A DNA stretch of 63,047 nt, taken from the NCBI RefSeq assembly GCF_001194135.2, contig NC_068982.1:136347151-136410197 (forward strand), written 5' to 3'. The translations under genes and the position numbers were made by a program. Positions 50,348 to 63,047 of this stretch are shown here, in pieces. This DNA comes from Octopus bimaculoides (taxonomy: Eukaryota). The notes under the pieces are model-generated. The model was not told the origin of the DNA. It made no database searches and was given only the letters and a program-made list of their open reading frames with translations. Position 1 is the stretch's first letter, and every line of letters begins with the position of its first letter.

Positions 50348-50933
50348 AAAACATAAAAAGTGCATTAACTAAATAGAGGACCTCATTACACGAGCAGTCT
50401 AATATTTATAATAATCTCTCTTGTGTTACTGTAGTAAAAAACAAAATTATCGACTGAAACTTCGAAATTTCCTCGACTGCAGGAGTGATTTAATGCGAAA
50501 GTGAAGGCACATAATTGCTTAGAGTAGCATTCTATTCTATGAAGAGTATAGAGAAATCGGTTCAAGGTGGGTATGTTGTACAGTGACTATTTCATTTGGG
50601 TTTTAAGTGTGAGGAACGAGATGTGCTTTAAGGATGCTGCGGAAGAGGCATCTGGAGATATTAAACAGTTTTAAGATAGTAAGAAGCAAGGGTTAGCCCA
50701 GAGTACGTTACAGAATGCGGTAGTAATACAAACATGGCATGACTCGGAAACAAAGAGAGTAACATTGTTTCACATACCCTAACTAGCATTCGCGTTAATC
50801 CACAAATATATAGATCAATATACACAACCTTCCATACATCTGTGTTTGGTTTTATTAGTGTAGATACATACAGAGGCAGAGTTATGCATGAGCATATGCA
50901 AGGAAACCACAAGGAATGATTCTAACACATACG

Positions 50934-51022
<89 letters not shown>

Positions 51023-52711
51023 NNNNNNNNNNNNNNNNNNNNNNNNNNNNNNNNNNNNNNNNNNNNNNNNNNNNNNNNNNNNNNNNNNNNNNNNNNNNNN
51101 NNNNATATATATATATATATATATATATATAAACAAAGAAGGTAAAATATATATATATATGCGAATAAAAATACAGATACATAGAACGGCCTATCAAGAA
51201 GGTATATACAATCGACTAAAAATTCCAAAGCGTGTGATACGACTAAGAATCTAAATACGATTCTTAAAATAACATATATAGAAACGTACAAGGATACAAC
51301 ATATATATTTGAAGGTGTATTTCCCCTAAAAAACGTCAATCAGAATTCACTATGTGTGCATTCTTTTGAAGTATAGTGTATGTACGTTCTTCCGTACGCA
51401 TACGGAAACATGTATATATTTGTATCGAATGAGATAAAGAAAATCATGAAGAAAATAGGGGAAAACAGAAAATAAGACGAAAATGATTTAAATTTCAGAA
51501 TTTCTTTACAATATTTATATTAAGTTTACTATTTTCTTTTTCTTTCTGTATTTTCAGGTAATTTATATGCTATCTATATTACTTCGTGTAATAACGCTAC
51601 ATCAAAAATTTATCTAACAACGAAGAATTCAACTCTGCTTCTTACTGATGTTGTAAATTTACGTATACAGGCGCACGTAATATACTATATTTGTTTAAAC
51701 ACATTTACGTATTTATATTCGTAAACAGCTGTGCAGATACACGTTATGAATTAATGGATTTTGCATTTTTAATGTTGCTATCACCAAGTAAGTATAAATG
51801 TATATCAACTCTGGTGTAATAATGAATGTAAGAGTGTGTTTATATAAATAATAAATGCGCAACCACACACACACATACACACACACAGACATATATATAT
51901 ATATATATATATANNNNNNNNNNNNNNNNNNNNNNNNNNNNNNNNNNNNNNNNNNNNNNNNNNNNNNNNNNNNNNNNNNNNNNNNNNNNNNNNNNNNNNN
52001 NNNNNNNNNNNNNNNNNNNNNNNNNNNNNNNNNNNNNNNNNNNNNNNNNNNNNNNNNNNNNNNNNNNNNNNNNNNNNNNNNNNNNNNNNNNNNNNNNNNN
52101 NNNNNNNNNNNNNNNNNNNNNNNNNNNNNNNNNNNNNNNNNNNNNNNNNNNNNNNNNNNNNNNNNNNNNNNNNNNNNNNNNNNNNNNNNNNNNNNNNNNN
52201 NNNNNNNNNNATGTACAACATACATGAGATGATGTAGTTCTTTACGCATTTCTCTCAACTCATCAGGTTTACCAACTCTACAAGCGAGCAGTGATGATCA
52301 TTTGATTAATCAACATGCCTGTGCTTACTTGCATATTTGGTTACACTAATAAATTAAGAGTTGCGTATCGTATAACATAATGTTATAGATTTTGTGCATA
52401 CTGCATACCAAACCAGACCGTATAAAGTTTACGTCACAATAAAAACACAAAATGAAACAACTGGAATAGTACCAGATGACCTACTTGTTTGAATTTTTTA
52501 AACCACATACATACACATACCCATGCACACATACACCCATAGACAAATATACACACAATGATTGTGTCGAGAAACGTGTGCTATATATTCGAGAATAATA
52601 GCTCTATGTGTGCTTTTTTATAAGTGAGTGTATGCGCGCGCATGCATTTATATTTATGCATATTGATATATACACAAACACACACACAAATACACACACA
52701 GATACATACAT

Positions 52712-52749
<38 letters not shown>

Positions 52750-52759
52750 NNNNNNNNNN

Positions 52760-52791
<32 letters not shown>

Positions 52792-53099
52792 TCTTAGTGT
52801 CGGTGTGACTGTGTACAGTAGCCTTTTATGAGATTTTGAGACTTTCTTTTCACATAAGGCAGTAATAACTGTTCAAGACTGTTATGAGTTTCATATATCA
52901 TTTCTATACATTTGATAAGCTGACCTGCTTGCTGTTCACTGATACCCAGTCAGAAGTAAACGAAATATAACACCATGTGATCTTTATGATTAAAAAAAAA
53001 AACGTGATATTCTGGAACTGATATTATGAACAAATATCTTTTACCTTTTACATATTTCATGATGGAGCACCACTTTATTATTTTCTAGGATCACGGAAA

Positions 53100-53273
53100 C
53101 TATGTAGCCCCGAATAGGACACTTGGATTTACTATGCAAGAATAATTACTAGAGTCTAGCAACTTATTGTTAACTCGGGTATCACTAAAGGACCGTTGTG
53201 GTAAACAGGCATACAAAACCGATTTAAAAGAAAGCACGGCAACCGCCACGATTATATATCCCTTTAATCTCAT
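53100..53273 (-). CDS. Candidate 57-aa small ORF with a signal-peptide-like N-terminus
   Basis: aatATG context; MRLKGYIIVAVAVLSFKSVLYA-CLPQRSFSDTRVNNKLLDSSNYSCIVNPSVLFGAT*; AATAAA ~20 nt after the stop on the minus strand. No homology recognised. Confidence 0.25.
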   Translation of the reverse strand: MRLKGYIIVAVAVLSFKSVLYACLPQRSFSDTRVNNKLLDSSNYSCIVNPSVLFGAT

Positions 53274-53278
53274 ATTTG

Positions 53279-53330
<52 letters not shown>

Positions 53331-53985
53331 NNNNNNNNNNNNNNNNNNNNNNNNNNNNNNNNNNNNNNNNNNNNNNNNNNNNNNNNNNNNNNNNNNNNNN
53401 NNNNNNNNNNNNNNNNNNNNNNNNNNNNNNNNNNNNNNNNNNNNNNNNNNNNNNNNNNNNNNNNNNNNNNNNNNNNNNNNNNNNNNNNNNNNNNNNNNNN
53501 NNNNNNNNNNNNNNNNNNNNNNNNNNNNNNNNNNNNNNNNNNNNNNNNNNNNNNNNNNNNNNNNNNNNNNNNNNNNNNNNNNNNNNNNNNNNNNNNNNNN
53601 NNNNNNNNNNNNNNNNNNNNNNNNNNNNNNNNNNNNNNNNNNNNNNNNNNNNNNNNNNNNNNNNNNNNNNNNNNNNNNNNNNNNNNNNNNNNNNNNNNNN
53701 NNNNNNNNNNNNNNNNNNNNNNNNNNNNNNNNNNNNNNNNNNNNNNNNNNNNNNNNNNNNNNNNNNNNNNNNNNNNNNNNNNNNNNNNNNNNNNNNNNNN
53801 NNNNNNNNNNNNNNNNNNNNNNNNNNNNNNNNNNNNNNNNNNNNNNNNNNNNNNNNNNNNNNNNNNNNNNNNNNNNNNNNNNNNNNNNNNNNNNNNNNNN
53901 NNNNNNNNNNNNNNNNNNNNNNNNNNNNNNNNNNNNNNNNNNNNNNNNNNNNNNNNNNNNNNNNNNNNNNNNNNNNNNNNNNNNN

Positions 53986-54480
53986 TGTAACTCCACCGTC
54001 GTGGAGGCCTTCCGAGTGGTCGTTTCCGCTGTCGCGGGTCCACCGATTATCGGTGAGCCGGGCGACGTGTCCAGCCCATCTAAACTTGCTGCATGTATAT
54101 TCTACGATGACATCTCTCATGCCGGACTTCTTTGAGATGACCTCGCTACTGTTGTGCTCTCTCAACAAGATTCAAAGCATTGACCTATCCATGCCTCTTT
54201 CAGCCGTTACCAATCTCTGCTCTTCTCTCTTTGTTGTAGCCCATATTTTACTACCATATAACTTTGCAGGTATAACTATGCTATTTATGAGGTTGGCGCG
54301 GGTGGTCCTGTCCAACCTTCCCTTGAGCACATCACTTATGCCATTAAACGCCTTCCATCCGACCCTTTTTCTCCGCGAGATCTCCTTTTTGATGTCTCGG
54401 CGCATATTCACTTCCTGTCCCAGGTAGACATATTCCTTTACCTCCCCTATTCCATCACCACCGACCACCATTCGACCTGT
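53986..54480 (-). mobile_element. RTE-clade LINE, C-terminal part of ORF
   Basis: EVKEYVYLGQEV...EISRRKRVGWKAF...IPAKLYGSKIW...KFRWAGHVARLTDNRWT...RKRPLGRPPRRW. Confidence 0.93.
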
Positions 54481-54489
54481 TGGTACGTT

Positions 54490-55100
54490 GTCGAACCGAA
54501 TGACACTGATAGGCTGTACTTGTTCAGAAGAAAGGGTAGGAGAAGTTTGATCAGTTGCCAGTATTCTATCGAAGCAGAGGGATATAGTTTCGGGTGGTAC
54601 GTAAAAAATGGTATGGAATCATTGTTGAAATATGCGAAGAAAGCCGGCGTCATAAAAACTGATAATTGTGTAAAGAAAGAAAAAACTCAAAGAGGGAAGA
54701 ACGCAAATGCAGAACACCGGTGCCTATGGATGAGGAAGAGTGACTTGAAAATAGAGACATAGGCACTCATAAGCGCAGCACATGAAGAAGCATTAAGGAC
54801 TAACTATGTGAAATGCAGAATGGACGACAGAACTGAAAGCGACAAATGCAGGATATGTAGTGTGAGTCGGGAAACGGTATGATACATCGTTAGCGAATAC
54901 TCGACATTGTCTCAACGCGATAACAAAAGATGACATGACAATATAGCAAAAATGATTCATTGAGACCTCTGTGGAAATCAGGGCCTACAAAAAGAGAGAA
55001 GACTTGATATGAGGAAACCCCAGAAGGAGTTACTAAGAATGAAGATTGCAAAATCATGTGGGATGCAATGATTCAGTGCAATAATCTGATTATACACTAG
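54490..55100 (+). mobile_element. R4/Dong-like RLE LINE fragment
   Basis: DTDRLYLFRRKGRRSL, WMRKSDLKIET*ALISAAHEEALRTNYVKCR, SDKCRIC...ETV..IVSE, HDNIAKMIH, KIMWD..IQC. Same family as 61727-62880. Confidence 0.88.
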
Positions 55101-55139
55101 GTCCCGTGCCAAAATTAGAAACCATTATTGTTGTTCTTC

Positions 55140-55155
55140 CTCTTACTACTACTAT

Positions 55156-55200
<45 letters not shown>

Positions 55201-55225
55201 GACTACTACTACTACTACTACTATT
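55140..55225. repeat. (TAC)n microsatellite
   Basis: Directly visible. Confidence 0.95.
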
Positions 55226-58200
55226 GCTTATTTGACTCGGGTTCGGTCTTTTTTTTTTGTTAGAATTTATGTGAGTAACGCGTTAATATCTGTAAACTTA
55301 GGTATCCATTAGCTTTCAATAGTCTTTCAAATACTTAGAACCCTCCCGATAATCTTTCCTCTTCGTAAGAGGCAAACTTTCTGTAGAAGCTCTACAGGAC
55401 ATTCGATTCCAGTCTCCTATTTTCACATTTTCTATCATCACCAGTTGATTGTCATTGAAAATATTGTTGTTCTTATTGTTAATATTATCATTATAAAAAC
55501 ATCAAATCCTGGACTTGTTCGAATTCCAGTAAAAGTTTTGATCTGCTAAACAATTGCATCTCGTTCTTACCAATTATCCTTTCTGTTTTATTAATCTGTA
55601 TCTTTACTTCCTTTTGCGTATATGTCTCTCCTATTAACTGTATATCAAGTGATACTGATCAACTCACGAATCTTGAAATTCTATATATGGTCGTCAAGTG
55701 GTTTCAAACTTTCTTTTCAGTTCATCAAATTCCATTACGATTAAGATGTTTTGAATTGTTATCCTGCTATTAACTAATATAATAATGGAAGTTTATATTT
55801 CCTTCAATTTAACGTGTGATACTGCGGAGCAAGTAGCCTCGGAATCTGTGAGGTGCAACACGTTTGAATGCATATAAGTATTATTGTCGGAAGCGATAGA
55901 GAGAGAGGAAAGAGAGATCGAGAGAGAGAGTAACTTCAATAACAATCAAGTCAATCTGTCTATTTACTTCGCAATTTATACACTCCTTGTCATCTTCACT
56001 GTATTATTTTTATTACTTTTGTTCAACATCATTCAGGAAATTCAATGCTTCAGAGCCACAGGAATTTCCATGTGACGAAGTTCAGTTCATTATTGATTCA
56101 CCCTATATAACGTAATATTTTATCAAGAAAATTTGATTAAATACGCATTAAAATTCATACGTGATTATGCATCATATGTTTATATTTGATTAAATGTACG
56201 AGTTCTAATGAATTCTTTCTCAACTAAACGTATGTATAGTATAGAAGTGCATTAATATGTGATCGCACGTATCAATTGAATTTTATGCCTAAAATTGTAT
56301 AAAATTGTTTAAATGTGATTCTATTTATCAGCATGAGAGGATAATGTTAATATATTTGTTTTATTTAAGTTTATCTTCATTGAGATAACAGGAAATCTAT
56401 ATGTGATCATGACGTAGATGAATTTGAATATTTCCAAGTTTATTGCTGTAGACAATAAAATGGATCTCAGTTCTTTAATGATTCCGTTCAGTCGCGGAGA
56501 ATTTGTACATTGATGGGAATTTGACATGCGAGATCTTTGAATGTTACACAAAATTGAAGTGTGTTTTGGGGTTTATATTATTCTTGAAACATCTTAAGTT
56601 TAAATAGATCTTTAAAGGCAGCATGATGAACGAAACAATTGCACGAAATGTTTGTGATTTATCTTCTATACTTCCATTTCAGTCTCTATTTTCTAACAAA
56701 TTCGTCTGGAAAATATGCATGGTCGATTTTCTTTCCGCTTCTCTATACCCATTATTATGAATTTGATTTGGGAACTTGAGTCATTGTGGACCTCGCTTTA
56801 GCTGATTACACAATCATGGACGCCACCCCTATTGATGCGTTGCAGTTACTCTGTTAGTGGACCTTGGTGATCTTCACCGTTGGTCTTCTAGAATTCGTCT
56901 GTTCAGCATTAGTGTAATAAGCACCGTTGGCTCATTTGATCTCTTCACTATCGACCATGCAGCAGTCACATGACTTCGTCGTATCCCTGACAGGTTGGCT
57001 GAACGTGTGCTATCCAAGCCAAAGAGCAACCCGTAACTATGCAGACCTCGGTCGTCACTCGGTGAAGCATTTCCAAATTACCCGCATGCCTGATATGGGT
57101 AATACTATTATTCTTTTATGGTGTATTAATTTCCAGTATCTTTTACCATTTTTATAATCATGCTTGAATATTGTTTCTGTTTGTATTCATTATACTATTT
57201 TTATTATTGAACGTTTTCGTGTCGTTTATTTCACTTTATATAAGCAAATATTTATTTTCAACGTGCACATGTTTCAAGTTAGGGAAGCAATAACGTGAAT
57301 TTTTTCAGGCACACTTGTGCCAATTATTTTGCTAATCTATGAGGTAAATAATTGCATTTTATAGCAATAAACTAAAACATTATTTATAGTTTTACTAAAC
57401 TGAATACATAAACATTCTTTTAGCAAAGCATTTGGATATGATAGAAACGTGTTTCTGACAAAGACGAATCCTACGCTACAACATATTTATGGAAATCATG
57501 GATCTGAATAAATGAATACATTGAATTCATACATGAATACGGTATTGTTATTAATAATATTAAATTATTTCTATTTTATACTTTTAAAGTATCTCTTTTA
57601 TCGAATCTGTTAAGTTGGGGAAGTCGTTGTGCCAATAATAACACAGGAACTGGTTAAGTTCCGCTTTTTTATTACTAGTCAGTCGGTTAAATATCTAATC
57701 AATTAACTAATTGATCATTTGCTTAATGTGCTGGTTAAGCATTCAATCGGCTTTTTGTTAGCCAAATTTCTTTCGACACCGTTCGCGACAATATCCGTAA
57801 ATTCCTGACTTCCTTTCTCGGATTTTAGCTGGTAGGATATTTAACCAATCGATTAACAAAAAAAAAACCGGTATTGTACCTATGTGTGTGTAATTATTAT
57901 TGGCGTAATGACTATCTCAACGTACCAAAATTTGTTTCAGTATACGAATCCACATCAAGAACCTTGCAAACCAAATACAAACACGAAGTTTATTATATTA
58001 TTAAAATGTTTACAAAGAGAAAATGTGACACTAATTCTACTGTCCATTTGCAAGTTGTAGAATATCTCTTTTAACAAAAATAATCAAAGTTATGGATTGG
58101 AAGACCTATCGTAAAGTTGAACAAACTGCCTCCAGGTTTTTACTGACGACTTTCAGCACTCTGAATTCAAAACACAACGAATTATATTTTGATTTCACCT

Positions 58201-58475
58201 ATCCAGCTCCGATAGATGCAGCAGCAGAAAAAGACAATGTGGGTTTATATTAATGTAATGTGTCGTTTATATGGATCAAATGATATTCGGCCATTAAAAA
58301 TTTGGTGTCGACCTGATGACTCAGTTCCAAAACAGACAACACAATTTTCATATTGTTAAGAGAAGACGATCGATTCGAAGAACAGCACACCCTTCCGACA
58401 AATGTGATATTTGTGATATTGAACGCAAATTGAATCAATACTCTCCAGTTTAACCAAGCCACAAACAAATATAGT

Positions 58476-58523
<48 letters not shown>

Positions 58524-58729
58524 CACTTCAGAAACTGATAAGAGCATGTAATAAGGTAAGTATGAACATTTAAAATCGTTGCTAATTATTCATAACTATT
58601 TATATTGATACCAGTCTTATGATGCGTAGCTACCTCTTCCGGCAGCTGTTACATCCGGGAATGTACGACTGGGTGTGAGAGTGGAGAAAGCGTTTATGTT
58701 TCATCACCATAATACATATACTAGATAAA

Positions 58730-58795
58730 ATGCCAGACTCGTTGCGAAGAACTTTCCGGAGCCACTGTGGACGGTCATTAGATCTTCGCTTTCAA
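58730..58795 (+). CDS. Candidate first coding exon (MPDSLRRTFRSHCGRSLDLRFQ)
   Basis: aaaATG context, phase-0 donor caa|gtaagg, and a locally CpG-richer upstream region with cttccgg motifs. No downstream exon identified. Confidence 0.25.
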
Positions 58796-59964
58796 GTAAG
58801 GTCGGATAAGTGACGAACGTATGAAAACGAACGAATGCGATAATATCAATAAATCTTTATTCGTATATATAAAATTGATCTTATGGAAGCTTGTTGAGCC
58901 AAAACATTCTTCTATCTTGTGGCAGATTAATGCTGTTGATTTTGATGATCTTTTTTCTAGTTTAAATCTTCATCCGATCATTTTGAGTCAAAGCCTCAAT
59001 GAATCTTTACTAATCTTCTGGAATCCTCAGATTTTTGCTATTCTGGCTTTTCACTTTTGGTTTTCAATATATCATATTTCCGCATTTCCAATCCAGTTTT
59101 GTGGAGGTTTTTTTCTCATATCGCTAAATACAACTCTTCAAATGCCGTTTTCATAAAATATTATAGTTTTTTCTCTTTGTAAATTCCAATTTGAATTTTA
59201 AAAACCATTAGAACGAGAATTTAAATTGTTTCATAGTATGAAAACCTCTTTCTTGCTGAAGACATTTCTTCCATACGAGAAAACTGACAATGATTTCATG
59301 TTTTATGGATTTCATTCAGAGGGAAAAGTTATAATTAATAAAAAAAAGTTATTTTTCAGAGTTTTCGTATCCCAAAACAGCACGTAAATGTCGAAGGAAT
59401 TCCAAAAATATGAATTATTCTCAATTATTGCCATCTAATTGTATTTTTGAGTAGGCTAAATATAATTCACTAAGCAGCATCCAGTTTGTTTACTCTCTTT
59501 AATTCTATGTTCATCATTATCCCTCTTAGTTCACATCTTGTTAGTTCTCAGAAAGAATTAAGTGTCATAAAGTCGTCATTATTGTACTGCTACTGCTGGC
59601 CACTGAACCAAAGCAGTATAGAAACATCTCTGGGGTTACTTTAGTTTAAAATATGTCACATTCATGTAGCTAAAACTGAAGGGTACGAGCCTATAAAGCC
59701 AGATACACATGCAGTATCGCGCTCAGAAATAGTCCTTATTTTTGTTTATCTTTGTGAGTGCGGGTATGGGAATAAATGTATATGTCTGCATGTATGTATT
59801 TGTGTAAGGGAAAAGTAACTACATATTTATGCATTTGTGTGTACGTGGGTGGATGTGTATATAATTTTGATCTCTTCTAGCAAAGAGTCAATTGGGATAC
59901 ACACACACACTCACACACACACACACACTCACTCACTCACTCACACACACACATACACACACAC

Positions 59965-60038
<74 letters not shown>

Positions 60039-60959
60039 ATTCCTGTTATGTTTGTCTGGAAAATAATGGCCATTAGCGATTTGGTAGACACAAATTAACT
60101 GTGAAACAGTAAACTTTCCAACACAATCAATGGGTTTTATACTAATGGCTGTGTACATTCAGTTAATTGTATATAGTAATAACCAAATCACATCATTTGC
60201 GTCAGAAGATGAAATCGGCTTCACGGTTCGAATATAGATGATAATTTTGAGGATAATAATGATGTTGATGATGACGATAATGATGATAATGGTAGTCTTG
60301 TTGCTATTTTTATTTTTATTGTTTGTTCTTATTTACATTTGAAACATGGAGCAAAATCTATTTTCTGACGAGAATTATATGGTTTTCCTTTTATTCTATC
60401 GAATCATGGGAATATATAGCCATTAGTATTTAAAAAATATATACCATTAATCCTTTACGAAACATTACTACTTTACCGTTAAGTTGTGTTTACCATACAC
60501 ATTAACGACTGTAAATGTGCAGATGAACATAACACTAGGTAAATATATATAGCCAAATTGACATTTGACTGGAAAAGATTAAAATTAAACAATTTTACTG
60601 TTTTACTGTACAAGAAGTTTTGTTTAGTGAAGAGCACTAGATTATCGATCCATTTCATAAGTAATCAGTACGTCAGATTATTAAAGAGGGAAGATTGAGT
60701 TTCATTCATTTGGTTTAGCAACACTTTTGAGCTTCTTCATTGCATATGTATATTAGTGTGAAATATGTCTGTCTCGACAAATAATAATAGCTGTCTGGAT
60801 GTTACATTGATTCTTTCTTAGATAAGATCCCCTATGAATAGCAGATAATTTTACATGGAAAGATGAAAGATTTTCATATCGTAGTTAAATATAGTATGTT
60901 AAACTGTCGTATGTTTAAATTTGGCCCAATGCTTTATTAACCTTTATCATAATAATGAT

Positions 60960-61030
<71 letters not shown>
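60960..61030. repeat. (AAT)n microsatellite
   Basis: Directly visible. Confidence 0.96.
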
Positions 61031-61033
<3 letters not shown>

Positions 61034-61689
61034 ATGTGAGTACGATAAATCACTGCTCTGAAACTTATCCAAAAACATCGGAAATAAAGACATCGCATGG
61101 AGCAAAAAAATAGCTGACAAAGGGTTGGACTATACCCGAGTAAGTAATACTCATTGAAATTTATTCCTATTTTTCCAAATATAATGATGTATTTTAACTT
61201 GATACCTCCACTACCCGAACAGCGATCGTAAACACACGTGTTACATCAAAATTCAGATCATCTCCAAACCCAAACACCATNNNNNNNNNNNNNNNNNNNN
61301 NNNNNNNNNNNNNNNNNNNNNNNNNNNNNNNNNNNNNNNNNNNNNNNNNNNNNNNNNNNNNNNNNNNNNNNNNNNNNNNNNNNNNNNNNNNNNNNNNNNN
61401 NNNNNNNNNNNNNNNNNNNNNNNNNNNNNNNNNNNNNNNNNNNNNNNNNNNNNNNNNNNNNNNNNNNNNNNNNNNNNNNNNNNNNNNNNNNNNNNNNNNN
61501 NNNNNNNNNNNNNNNNNNNNNNNNNNNNNNNNNNNNNNNNNNNNNNNNNNNNNNNNNNNNNNNNNNNNNNNNNNNNNNNNNNNNNNNNNNNNNNNNNNNN
61601 NNNNNNNNNNNNNNNNNNNNNNNNNNNNNNNNNNNNNNNNNNNNNNNNNNNNNNNNNNNNNNNNNNNNNNNNNNNNNNNNNNNNNNNNN

Positions 61690-61726
<37 letters not shown>

Positions 61727-61727
<1 letters not shown>

Positions 61728-62879
61728 GGGGTAATCGTATGGACAGTAGACGAACTAAACAGCTTAGACAGAAAGACAAGGAAGTTGCTAACTAGATATG
61801 AGTCACTCCACCTAAATTGTGACACAAACAGACTGTATGTACCAAGAAAAAGAGGGGAGAGAGGACTTATTGGATGCGAAAACAGCATTAGAGCAGAAGA
61901 AAAAACATAGCCTGGTATGTAAAATATGCCACAGAACCGCTATTACTAGAAATTAGATGGTCAGACTTGTGCAAGATGAACGATTGTAAAGGTAAAGCAC
62001 TATACAAGAAATTGAAAACGAATGAAACTGAAAATAGGTGGGTAAAGAAAAGAATGCTTGGTCAATTTCAGAAGGATGTTGAAGATAAGACACACAGAGA
62101 AAAAAGATGGCTGTGGATGACTAAAAGTGATTTAAACCGGAAGCGGAGGTTATAATCTGTGCTGCCCAAGAGCAAGCACTAAGAACTAACTACATAAAAT
62201 ACAGAATAGACGACACAGCAGAAAGTGATAAGTGAAAAATCCGTGGACAAAACGGTGAAACCGTATGGCATATTACCAGCCAATGTACGCCACTAACCCA
62301 GAAGAAATACAAGAGATGCCACGATAATATAGCCAGGCTCGTCTATTGGACACTTTGCAACGAGTATGGACTTGACAGAGCAAAAAATTGGTTCGACCAC
62401 AAACCTGCAGGCAACGTCGAAAACAGGAATGCAATGATCCTATGGGATTTCATGATTCAGTGCGACCATGAGATAGAGAATATGAAGCCGGAGATAGCCT
62501 TAATTGAGAAAGAAAAGAAACTATACTGGATCACAGATATAGCATGCCCAGCTGACAACAAGGTATCCGATAAGGAAGAAAGAAAAGTTGAGAGATATGA
62601 AAGGTTAGCTTGGGAAGTTAAACAGTTTTGGTCGATGAAAATGGTAGCAGTAGTACCAATAAAAGTCGGAGACTTGGGAATGATGAGTAAAAATCTCGAG
62701 AAGTATGTGGAACAAATAGGGGCTGCAATAAGGGTGGAGTACTTGTAAAAATCTGCACGGCTTGGAACCGCTGGAATACTCCGGAAGGTGCTCGAAAAAT
62801 ATGAAGTGTTACCTTAGTTCACTGGTAGTGAACAGCTGACACTGTAGTACATCTCCAGCGTTAGAAGCTGTGCAAAAGC

Positions 62880-62880
<1 letters not shown>
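61727..62880 (+). mobile_element. 5'-truncated R4/Dong-like LINE with CCHC knuckle and PD-(D/E)xK endonuclease, flanked by (AAT)n
   Basis: WTVDELNSLDRKTRKLL, RLYVPRK, CAAQEQALRTNYIKYRID, HITSQC, HDNIA, ILWDFMIQCDHEIENMKPEIALIEKEKKLYWITDIACPADNKV..KE..KVERY..L, VVPIKVG.LG, SARLGTAGILRKVLE, then a short 3' UTR. Confidence 0.93.
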
Positions 62881-62930
<50 letters not shown>

Positions 62931-62932
<2 letters not shown>

Positions 62933-63047
62933 GGCTTTCGACAGTGTTCCCCACACGTGGATTCTGGAAACACTAGCCATAAACAAGGTGGCACCAATTA
63001 TCATAAAATACATAGAGCACTCAATAAACAAATGGCAGACAGTGCTA
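62931..63047 (+). mobile_element. Second 5'-truncated RLE-type LINE starting inside the RT domain, running off the window
   Basis: KAFDSVPHTWILETLAINKVAPIIIKYIEHSINKWQTVL begins immediately after the (AAT)n tract; KAFDSVPH.W is the R4-type RT motif. Confidence 0.88.

Noticed and set aside
55811-55866. aacgtgt...acacgtt hairpin as a pre-miRNA
   Set aside because: Only the outer 7 bp and a short inner stem pair; a large asymmetric bulge is incompatible with a pre-miRNA.

Overview
AT-rich, repeat-dense animal DNA from a gapped short-read scaffold, with many N-runs bordered by (AT)n, (CA)n or (AAT)n microsatellites. The SINE, LINE and microsatellite complement points to an octopus genome (inference from family recognition, no database search). 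I recognise no confident host protein-coding gene; the long ORFs in the track are gap or microsatellite artefacts or transposon debris. Contents: one near-complete Tc1; three near-complete decayed mariners plus fragments and a mariner MITE; a Helitron-type inverted pair; RTE, CR1-type and R4/Dong (RLE) LINE remnants; two Penelope-like GIY-YIG remnants; and about 15 tRNA-derived SINE copies in three groups (A, B = Meta-core, C). Best leads: (1) a 15-bp-TSD-flanked fold-back insertion carrying a minimal hammerhead ribozyme core (30318-30589); (2) RLE LINEs stacked head-to-tail in one (AAT)n tract (61691-63047); (3) an inverted Helitron pair sharing one 3' terminator (13310-15029); (4) a 3' tail shared between a CR1-type LINE and SINE group A. 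A few weak exon or small-ORF candidates are listed at low confidence.
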